64,000 nt of DNA. It comes from a virus. Where the stretch lies: the IMG/VR virus record IMGVR_UViG_3300030099_006944, positions 96,001 to 160,000 of that record; one strand, 5' to 3'. The translations under genes were made by a program, and so were the position numbers. A model generated the notes under the pieces. That model did no database searches. It saw nothing but the letters and a program-made list of their open reading frames with translations, and was not told the DNA's origin. The first letter of the stretch is position 1. Each line of letters starts with the position of its first letter. Below are positions 49,070-56,489 of this stretch, in pieces.

Positions 49070-49783
49070 ATGTCGTACGAGAATTCAATTAATCTATACG
49101 GAGATGGTATAGGTAAAGTTCAATATATTGACCATATGGGCACTGATCTCACAATCGTGAACAGTGCTCGTGTTTCATTTGGAGTAGAAAAGGAGGAACT
49201 AGATGATAGAGATAAGAAGCTTGTTAATTACCTTGTTAAACACAGACACACGAGTACGTTCGAGCACAATGTGGTTACCTTTAAGTTTGTCGTTCCTCTT
49301 TTTGTGCGCTCTCAACATATGCGACACAGGACTTGGAGTTACAACGAGATTTCCAGAAGATATACAGATAAAGATCTTGCTTTTTATTGCCCAATGTCAT
49401 TCCGTACTCAGCATAAGTCCAACAGGCAGTCTTCTAACAAGGATAGAATAGACCCAATACTATTTCCGGACTTATCTGATCCTAAATTTGGATTGACTTG
49501 TTCGGACTACCTCAGGCAACACACAAAAAGATCAGTGGAATTATTTAATCATTTGATGACTGCGGGAGTGTGCAGAGAACAAGCACGAATGGTGTTGCCA
49601 CAAAATATGTATACAGAATATTATGGTACCTGTAACTTAAACAACCTATTGAAGTTCATAGACCTCAGAACCCATGAGGGTGCTCAACAAGAGATACAGA
49701 ACGTGGCGAAAGCATGCTTGATGATAGCATCAGATCTTTGGCCGGAAGCTGTTGGGGCGTATAGGAACCTAAGATGTGTTTAA
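49070..49783 (+). CDS. thyX: Flavin-dependent thymidylate synthase
   Basis: IVNSARVSF, HTSTFEH, RSQHMRHRTWSYNEISRRY, REQARMVLP, AQQEIQ. Confidence 0.95.
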   Translation: MSYENSINLYGDGIGKVQYIDHMGTDLTIVNSARVSFGVEKEELDDRDKKLVNYLVKHRHTSTFEHNVVTFKFVVPLFVRSQHMRHRTWSYNEISRRYTDKDLAFYCPMSFRTQHKSNRQSSNKDRIDPILFPDLSDPKFGLTCSDYLRQHTKRSVELFNHLMTAGVCREQARMVLPQNMYTEYYGTCNLNNLLKFIDLRTHEGAQQEIQNVAKACLMIASDLWPEAVGAYRNLRCV

Positions 49784-50021
49784 GAAAGGGGACCTGTTCA
49801 AGTTCAACCAGTGCGGAACAGATTTGTTCTGTCATATATCGGGTTCCGTAGCCCTGATTGTTACTGATCCCGTGAAGATGTATGAATATGATTTTCATGA
49901 AATACCTGAGAAAAGAGAATATTATGTATACGATATAATAGTTTGTGGGCAACTATTTATGGAGATCCCGGAAGAGTTTTTAAAAAGGATAGCGTTAAAT
50001 GATGAAGAAGATACTAAATGA
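49776..50021 (+). CDS. Small KOW/SH3-like hypothetical protein
   Basis: MFKKGDLF pattern. Confidence 0.5.
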   Translation: MFKKGDLFKFNQCGTDLFCHISGSVALIVTDPVKMYEYDFHEIPEKREYYVYDIIVCGQLFMEIPEEFLKRIALNDEEDTK

Positions 50022-50520
50022 ATGGAAAAAATATTTGAAAGAAGGAACAGAATTTAATTACGAAGCCTTCATTAAAGAGTTTAATGAAATAATTGGTAAT
50101 TCCGTTTCTTATGATTCGTCCTTTTTCCGACTAGTACAAAAGAAGTACAATCCGTCTTCTCTAGAATCACTATCAGGACTGAAGCCTAGGAAAAAAAATA
50201 AAATCATCGGCCAACTTAATGCTGGCATGACTTACACTTGGCTGGAATATGTTGGTATACAAGGGGTGAAATTTGTAATTGAATACAAAGTCTCCAAATA
50301 TCTGAGTGAAGCGAAACCTGAAAATGTTGAATACCTGAAAAATAATTTTGAACAATTTTTCGAGATTTTGGCCCAATCATCTGCAACAAGACCAGATATA
50401 GAGTTTAACACTAGACATGTGGCTCTTGCTGGCCAATTAGGAGATTGGTGGATAGCCAATGATGGCTTGGAAATGTTTAAAGATGTGTTCGCAGCAAAAC
50501 TAAACATATCAGAGGTGTAA
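49999..50520 (+). CDS. Hypothetical protein with a capsid-targeting-like leader
   Basis: Leader MKKILNEWKKYLKE; late motif at 49952. Confidence 0.6.
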   Translation: MMKKILNEWKKYLKEGTEFNYEAFIKEFNEIIGNSVSYDSSFFRLVQKKYNPSSLESLSGLKPRKKNKIIGQLNAGMTYTWLEYVGIQGVKFVIEYKVSKYLSEAKPENVEYLKNNFEQFFEILAQSSATRPDIEFNTRHVALAGQLGDWWIANDGLEMFKDVFAAKLNISEV

Positions 50521-51318
50521 GTGCAGGAAATAAATTTATATTATAATAATTTAAACATCGGAAGAACTCTAACTTGCCTTCTGCATTCTTTTAAAACAGA
50601 GACTCCTTGTATATTAACGCGGCCAACCCCACCATTTAAGTTTGACGAACATATATCACAATACGATTTTACTTTTCTAGGTATTGAGGGGTCAAACCCA
50701 CAGCAGGCTTGGGACAGGTTGTGTTTTTTGTTAAGCATGTCTGGACTCTTGTTGTTCCCAAATAATATTTCTAATGCACGAATGAACGAGAACATAGTTG
50801 ATATTGTGACCAACAACAACCAGAGAATAAAAATTGAATGTGAAAATATTAATGTATTTGATAATGACGAAACCGGCTGGTATTATGTATATGATTATTT
50901 TGATTGGAAATCAGGGTCCCTACATGATCTTGAATTGATCAATGATAATGACGATAATTTTATAAAAAAAATTATTTTCTACTCCTCTGAGAGAGAACGT
51001 GTTAACAATAATGTCAAAGATTTAGTCGGTGTTTCATATTTAAGGGAGGACGAACTTGAAAATCTTGAATCGTCATCTGTCTATTCTAGGCTTAAAGTTT
51101 TAAGAATGATGAAGGAAGCCGGAATAAAAGGTAGAATAACTGGCTATAACAAAAAGGGCATTGGCTCCTATACCGCTCCTGTTATTGAATTTAACAGAAG
51201 AATTGTAAAGCCGGATTTCAAGCCAACGATATCACTGAAAGAAGTATATGATATGCCAACAGAACAAGGGTACACATGGAAGTTACTAGAGAAGATAATA
51301 CAAAGTACTTCCATTTAG
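50521..51318 (+). CDS. Hypothetical protein
   Basis: GTG start with a GAGGT RBS; 265 aa. Confidence 0.6.
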   Translation: MQEINLYYNNLNIGRTLTCLLHSFKTETPCILTRPTPPFKFDEHISQYDFTFLGIEGSNPQQAWDRLCFLLSMSGLLLFPNNISNARMNENIVDIVTNNNQRIKIECENINVFDNDETGWYYVYDYFDWKSGSLHDLELINDNDDNFIKKIIFYSSERERVNNNVKDLVGVSYLREDELENLESSSVYSRLKVLRMMKEAGIKGRITGYNKKGIGSYTAPVIEFNRRIVKPDFKPTISLKEVYDMPTEQGYTWKLLEKIIQSTSI

Positions 51319-52193
51319 CTGGCATCGTTCCAGTTGCGGGACAATCTCTGGACTTTGATCAACCTTGGCCTGACTGCATGATGCCAATTGCTCCTGATTT
51401 TAGTTTGTTGGAAGCCGCTGTTGCTGAGTGTGCTTGGGCCGGCTGTGATACAATTTGGATAATTTGCAACGATAATATAGCAGCTCTAATAAAAAAGAAA
51501 ATTGGAGATTTCGTCGGTGATCCCGTGTGGGCTTATCGTAAATTCGATAAGTATCCCAACGAAAGTAAGCGTCAAATACCTGTTTATTATGTTCCGGTGC
51601 ATCCAAAAGACAGAGACAAGAGGGATTGCCTAGCTTGGAGTGTCTTGCATGGGTCTTTAACAGCATTCAAAGTATCAGACGAGTTGTCTAAGTGGGTTAT
51701 ACCAAACAAATATTATGTTAGCTTCCCTTATGGTTATTTTCCAGCCTATCAACTTCGAGAATATAGAAAAATTATTTCGTCCTCAAAGAACGTGTATATA
51801 ACATCTGACGACAAGTCAATGAAAGATAATTATTATTGCTCTTTTTCTTTTGGAAAGGACGAATTTATAGAATTTAGAAGGATAATCAGATCTGGTACAG
51901 GCCGTTGGAGACCCGGAGTTGACTATAAAGAGTATGACGCTTTACCAATTGAAGAAAGATGGTCAGCTAGGTTTTTTGAATTAGAACAAGTGTTTGAGCC
52001 ATTTGACACCGATCGAGCACAAAAAATACCAGTTGAAAATTTTTATAATATTGGCTCTTGGAAACAGTATAAACTCTTTATGTCCGAGAATCTCGATAAT
52101 GAAATAAAAAGGCCATCAAAAACAATTTTGTTAAATCAAGCTTACAAACCGATTGGGAAAAACTACTTAGAGGGTGATGCGGAAGAAACTTAA
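51276..52193 (+). CDS. Nucleotidyltransferase-like protein (GT-A / NTP-transferase fold, degenerate)
   Basis: AGIVPVAG....P..MMPI....LLEAAVAECAWAGCDTIWII mirrors the RmlA/GalU N-terminus. Confidence 0.6.
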   Translation: MEVTREDNTKYFHLAGIVPVAGQSLDFDQPWPDCMMPIAPDFSLLEAAVAECAWAGCDTIWIICNDNIAALIKKKIGDFVGDPVWAYRKFDKYPNESKRQIPVYYVPVHPKDRDKRDCLAWSVLHGSLTAFKVSDELSKWVIPNKYYVSFPYGYFPAYQLREYRKIISSSKNVYITSDDKSMKDNYYCSFSFGKDEFIEFRRIIRSGTGRWRPGVDYKEYDALPIEERWSARFFELEQVFEPFDTDRAQKIPVENFYNIGSWKQYKLFMSENLDNEIKRPSKTILLNQAYKPIGKNYLEGDAEET

Positions 52194-52782
52194 ATTTAAA
52201 AAATTATTAAATCATTATCGATCTCTCCAATATGAAGAAGAATACGTCAAAGAGGTTCTAAAAGAAGCTCATATTGAATTTGACGAATATTATAGGGAAT
52301 TTTGTAGAATATATCTTGTCAACATAGAGAGGTTGGAAAAAAAGAAAAATGATAGACTCAAAGCAGCCTACGAACAGAGTGAAAAACCATCCATGAAAGG
52401 CGTTGACGAAAAATTGAGAGCAAAAGATTATGATCATAAAAATGTTTTCAAGCAAATAGCCAGAAAACTCCATCCAGACAAATTAAGTGAGGACGATCCG
52501 AGACTTAAGGAATTTGAAGATGATTTCAAAACTGCTGCCGCCGGCATCAATGACGGAAACTGGGGTGACTTGTTTAATATTGCAGAGAAACACGATATTG
52601 ACATCAAGGATTATGACACAGTTAATGAATCAATTAAGGATTCAATCAAAGTTCTAGTTAAAAAAATAACAGAATTAAAAAATCAATATTCTTACATGTT
52701 TTACGAGTGTGAAGATGACAAGAACTGTAAAGATAATATAATAAAAAACTTTTTAAGACAAGTATTTGGACATAATTTATAA
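52174..52782 (+). CDS. J-domain-like protein
   Basis: KNVFKQIARKLHPDK (HPD motif) followed by the helix EFEDDFKTAAA. Confidence 0.7.
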   Translation: MMRKKLKFKKLLNHYRSLQYEEEYVKEVLKEAHIEFDEYYREFCRIYLVNIERLEKKKNDRLKAAYEQSEKPSMKGVDEKLRAKDYDHKNVFKQIARKLHPDKLSEDDPRLKEFEDDFKTAAAGINDGNWGDLFNIAEKHDIDIKDYDTVNESIKDSIKVLVKKITELKNQYSYMFYECEDDKNCKDNIIKNFLRQVFGHNL

Positions 52783-52838
52783 TTTATACTTGACAAATGA
52801 TACTAATTAGGTTATCTTATATATGTGAGGATAAAAAT

Positions 52839-53789
52839 ATGAAAGAAGTTATGAATCATTGGCGAGGCTTTATCAACCCAGATTTGAGCCCAATTATAAA
52901 AAAGAGACTGGAAGAGGCTCTCACCCGACGTCAGTTTTTAGCCGGCACTGCTGCTGTTGCTTTACTTTATGCGATCATGAATAGTGATTATTTTAAGGCA
53001 TTAACTGATCAACAGCAAGATGAATTAATTCAGGCTTCACCAGAGGAGTTAGCCTCATTGGGCCTTGAAGACCCTGCTTATATTAAAGCTGTTCGTGAAT
53101 ACGAGAGGGAAGAGACTGAATCCCCACGTGATAAGTATGAAGGTCTAAGTTCACGGGAAATTAAAGATCTGCAATTCTCTACGATTGGAAAGCTAATGAT
53201 AGCACCAACAAAACTACCAGATGATAGAGAATGGCGCCTAGCACCCACATCACAAAGCCAAGTCAGTGGTTATTATGCTTATGCAACAGAGTTGGATTTG
53301 GATCTTATAGCAGAAACAAACCCAGAGATAACAAAAGCCATGGATCTCGCATACGATTTTTATAAGGGGTTTGGTCTAACTAGATTGATGAAGTATGTAT
53401 ATGGACAACCGGAGTTTTTTAGCTATACTACAATGGAAAAAGCGAACGAAGGTCAGTTGTTTGACACCATTGAAACCGAGGCTACACAAACCAACTACTT
53501 GACCGGCAAGACAGAAAACATAAAAGTTAGGAAACTTCCATTAGCTTGGACAGTAGCTAATCGAGTGCTTATAGACCAAGTTTCTTTTTTAGAATCGGAA
53601 CTGCAAGAAGCAAAGACAGATGAAGAGATCGATGCTGTTCTAGAAAGGTATGGCGTAGGTACAGAATATGGTAGTGGTTATTCAAAAACATCGAAATATG
53701 ATGTGGTTAAAAAATTAAAAAGAATTGCCGGCAATTCTTTGAGTAGAATTGAAGATGACAGCAGGGTTGTTGGAAAACATAGTAATTAA
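52839..53789 (+). CDS. Hypothetical protein with a leader followed by a twin-arginine-like signal
   Basis: MKEVMNHWRGFIN...LEE-ALTRRQFLAGTAAVALL; start at ATG 52839. Confidence 0.65.
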   Translation: MKEVMNHWRGFINPDLSPIIKKRLEEALTRRQFLAGTAAVALLYAIMNSDYFKALTDQQQDELIQASPEELASLGLEDPAYIKAVREYEREETESPRDKYEGLSSREIKDLQFSTIGKLMIAPTKLPDDREWRLAPTSQSQVSGYYAYATELDLDLIAETNPEITKAMDLAYDFYKGFGLTRLMKYVYGQPEFFSYTTMEKANEGQLFDTIETEATQTNYLTGKTENIKVRKLPLAWTVANRVLIDQVSFLESELQEAKTDEEIDAVLERYGVGTEYGSGYSKTSKYDVVKKLKRIAGNSLSRIEDDSRVVGKHSN

Positions 53790-53800
53790 TTGGAGGAAAA

Positions 53801-53980
53801 ATGTTAAGAATTGTGAACGTTATTTTATTTATATCAGTGGTCTTGGGTATATATCTCACCACAGAGGTTGATGATAAATCAGAAAAACAAGAAGTGGTTG
53901 AAATCTATCCGGGTGATACCGCTGATGAGTATGAAAAAATAAAGGAGATTTTAGGGTCCGAAAAGGCTTCGACGGAGTAG
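53801..53980 (+). CDS. 59-aa single-pass membrane protein overlapping the tmRNA 5' end (absent from the ORF track)
   Basis: GGAGG RBS; hydrophobic residues 4-19, then an acidic tail; TAG at 53978-53980. Confidence 0.6.
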   Translation: MLRIVNVILFISVVLGIYLTTEVDDKSEKQEVVEIYPGDTADEYEKIKEILGSEKASTE

Positions 53981-54285
53981 AATCAAGGGGAGAGTGCATG
54001 CAGGGAAGATACGCCCTTAACAGTTCAAGTTTTATAAACGCAAACAATAATTTGTATTTCGAAGAAGCCCTAGCGGCTTAATCGGGTGGCTGCTCCGAGC
54101 CATCTATCCAAGAGGAGCAAAACAACAGGACAGTTGTAAAAATCAAAACAACTCAACGCAACAGGACGGTAAGCGTTGTTTTATGACCGTCTATCTTTCT
54201 GGTTGGAGAAATAATCAGATAAGCATGTGAACGACTCAAACTAAGACTATTGCGGACGCGGGTTCAACTCCCGCCGGATCCACCA
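53954..54285 (+). ncRNA. ssrA: tmRNA encoding the tag ANNNLYFEEALAA
   Basis: Acceptor stem GGGTCCG/CGGATCC-ACCA with G3:U70; 5' GGCTTCGAC; T-arm GCGGGTTCAACTCCCGC; tag ORF 54040-54081. Confidence 0.93.
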
Positions 54286-54291
54286 AACATT

Positions 54292-54363
54292 GCGGGTGTG
54301 GCTCAGTGGTAGAGCATCGCGTTGCCAACGCGAGGGTCGTGGGTTCGAATCCCATCACCCGCT
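54292..54363 (+). tRNA. tRNA-Gly(GCC), CCA not encoded
   Basis: Acceptor GCGGGTG/CACCCGC; D-arm GCTC/GAGC; anticodon stem TCGCG/CGCGA with GCC at 54324-54326; TTCGAAT T-loop; U73 discriminator. Confidence 0.95.
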
Positions 54364-54385
54364 TATTTTTAACTTGGAGGAAAAA

Positions 54386-54550
54386 ATGAAATATTTAAAC
54401 AGTAAATGGTTTACATTCTTTTGTGTATGCCTTAATTTTTATTTTGCCGTGCAATCCTTTTTCTTAGGAAATTGGCTTGTGTTTGGCATATGCAGCTTGT
54501 TTGCAGCAATCTGTGGTTATAGTTTTTGGTACCAAATGGAGGAAAAATGA
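54386..54550 (+). CDS. 54-aa two-helix membrane protein
   Basis: True start is ATG 54386 (GGAGG RBS); the longer track ORF runs through the tRNA. Confidence 0.6.
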   Translation: MKYLNSKWFTFFCVCLNFYFAVQSFFLGNWLVFGICSLFAAICGYSFWYQMEEK

Positions 54551-55428
54551 AATATCTATTACCTTTTTTATTAGCTTGCACGGAAGTGTCTATTAACAAA
54601 ATACCAACAGATCCTGTTGATACATCGAAACCCATAGCGGATACCACAGAACCTTCACAGCCGGCCTCTGAGCCCTCTGTGGAGCCTATGGAAGGTATCG
54701 GAGGGTATGTACACTACTATCTTCGTCAAGTGGCTTGTCCGGCTTGTATGGGCGAATCAAATGAGATTACGGTTGAGTTTGATGCAAGGTTTCACGATAG
54801 AACTTTTGATACCTACACAAGGCACATTCCCGAACAAGGTCAGTGCACCCAAAGTATAACTCAGATATGGCCAAACTTACCCCTAATAGATATGGGATCA
54901 GAAATAAAAGCCAGAGCTAACAATTCGACTATTCATGCGTACCGAACAAGCCAAAATAATTATTTTTATGCTTGGTATACAGATGCCTCTTATATAAGAG
55001 ACACTGTACACTCTATATCTCGCGAGGATAACTATGAATTTGCAGAGTTCACATCGTTTCATGGTTTCGATTACATTGAGCCTTATGAGTTACGCTTTGT
55101 AGATCCTTCGTATGCTTTTGCTGCTCCGATATACCGTTCTGGTGCGACTTTCTGGTGGGCTCCCTATGGTACCAACACTACCTTTACAATAACGCTAGCA
55201 GTATATACTCCTGACGGCTCATCGTTGTTAGGTTATGTTGCCTGTTCAGGTGGTGACTCTGGCATGATGACCGTTCCCGGACAATATTTGTCCTCTTATC
55301 CCTATGGGGCTCTTGTCGCTGTGCATATGGCTCGGCACAAAGTTGAGCTAGTACCATGGGAAGAACAAAACACTTTCCTTGAAACACATATGGAGTGGGA
55401 AGTAATAGGAACAGGACATATAGAATGA
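54547..55428 (+). CDS. Putative lipoprotein
   Basis: MKYLLPFLLA-C lipobox followed by a Pro/Ser/Glu/Thr linker (EPSQPASEPSVEP). Confidence 0.7.
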   Translation: MKYLLPFLLACTEVSINKIPTDPVDTSKPIADTTEPSQPASEPSVEPMEGIGGYVHYYLRQVACPACMGESNEITVEFDARFHDRTFDTYTRHIPEQGQCTQSITQIWPNLPLIDMGSEIKARANNSTIHAYRTSQNNYFYAWYTDASYIRDTVHSISREDNYEFAEFTSFHGFDYIEPYELRFVDPSYAFAAPIYRSGATFWWAPYGTNTTFTITLAVYTPDGSSLLGYVACSGGDSGMMTVPGQYLSSYPYGALVAVHMARHKVELVPWEEQNTFLETHMEWEVIGTGHIE

Positions 55429-55727
55429 CAAAGAAGCAAAAAGACATATTAATAAAAGATAGACAGAAGATCGGAAGACCAAAGAAATACAAAGTTGTTT
55501 TCTACAATGACGACTATACTCCTATGTTCTTGGTCACTTCGATATTGATAGAAGTATTTAATAAAGGATTACCCGAAGCACAATCGATTATGATGAGGGT
55601 ACACAAACAAGGAAAAGGAGTAGCAGGTGTCTATTCAAAAGAAATCGCACAAACAAAAGTTGAAACAACAAAAATGTATGCAAGAGAAGCAGGATACCCG
55701 CTCCACGCCGAAGCAGAACCAGAGTAG
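55425..55727 (+). CDS. clpS: ClpS N-degron adaptor
   Basis: YKVVFYNDDYTPM, VF.K...A..IMMRVH.QGKGVAGVY..EIAQTKV...AR..GYPL. Confidence 0.93.
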   Translation: MTKKQKDILIKDRQKIGRPKKYKVVFYNDDYTPMFLVTSILIEVFNKGLPEAQSIMMRVHKQGKGVAGVYSKEIAQTKVETTKMYAREAGYPLHAEAEPE

Positions 55728-55779
55728 TTGCCCCTGTTGTGAATGTGATCCATGTGATTGCGGTTGGGGGTCTTATTAG
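55678..55779 (+). CDS. 33-aa Cys-rich micro-ORF ending CPCCECDPCDCGWGSY
   Basis: +1 frame overlapping the clpS 3' end; six Cys in 11 residues; no clear RBS. Confidence 0.4.
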   Translation: MQEKQDTRSTPKQNQSSCPCCECDPCDCGWGSY

Positions 55780-56028
55780 TTGTTATCTTCTTACCCTTTT
55801 GACGTTGACTATGAGGTTGGTGACCTAGTGATGCTAGCCCACCCAGTTGAATTCATGGGGGACTTCGTCGACCGAGGCGAGGTAGGAATAATAGTTAAAT
55901 TATACGATCGTACATATGGATCACATATCATATATGATTGTAGAATTCTTCTGGGCTGCGGGAGCCATTTGGACTGTTGGTTTTCTGAGTTGATCAATGT
56001 AACAAGGTTGTCAAATGGCAATCTTTAA
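55780..56028 (+). CDS. Small KOW/SH3-like hypothetical protein
   Basis: YEVGDLVML...VGIIVKL. Confidence 0.55.
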   Translation: MLSSYPFDVDYEVGDLVMLAHPVEFMGDFVDRGEVGIIVKLYDRTYGSHIIYDCRILLGCGSHLDCWFSELINVTRLSNGNL

Positions 56029-56242
56029 AGAAAAATTTGATGTAGGAGACTTAGTTATACTTAACACCTCATTCCCTAGTGTTTTGAAAAATCAACTGGG
56101 GATTATTATTCAAATCGGAGTAAACACGGTATATCAGTTAGAAGAAAACATACAGGAAAATTGGTATGTCGCGCAGTTTGGCTCAATCAGATTAATAGTT
56201 AGTGTTGATATGATTATAAAAGTTGAAACAAAAAATGAGTGA
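56015..56242 (+). CDS. Small KOW/SH3-like hypothetical protein
   Basis: FDVGDLVIL...LGIIIQI. Confidence 0.6.
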   Translation: MAIFKEKFDVGDLVILNTSFPSVLKNQLGIIIQIGVNTVYQLEENIQENWYVAQFGSIRLIVSVDMIIKVETKNE

Positions 56243-56462
56243 CATAAACATCGGCGATTTGGTTCGCTTAAAGAAGGAGCATGACCCAGAGGGCAAGATA
56301 GGAATAGTCACAGACATTAGCCCAAGATATTCTCACCTAGTTTCACATGGAAAGACAAAGGTTATAAGAATATATTGGCCAACCATCGATACAATCGATT
56401 GGGAATATGATTTTTTTCTAGAAAAAATTGACCCAAAGGACTTGACAGAAGATAAAGAATAG
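56235..56462 (+). CDS. Small KOW/SH3-like hypothetical protein
   Basis: INIGDLVRL...IGIVTDI. Confidence 0.6.
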   Translation: MSDINIGDLVRLKKEHDPEGKIGIVTDISPRYSHLVSHGKTKVIRIYWPTIDTIDWEYDFFLEKIDPKDLTEDKE

Positions 56463-56470
56463 GTTATATT
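56442..56470 (+). promoter_or_regulatory. Sigma70-like promoter (SprT-MTase)
   Basis: TTGACA-N17-TATATT. Confidence 0.8.
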
Positions 56471-56489
56471 ATATAAAATTGGAGGATAA

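Noticed and set aside
53856-54047. Minus-strand 63-aa ORF
   Set aside because: Antisense to the tmRNA and a plus-strand ORF; no RBS or recognisable motif.
54290-54385. 5' part of track ORF 54290..54550
   Set aside because: It runs through tRNA-Gly; the RBS-supported start is 54386.
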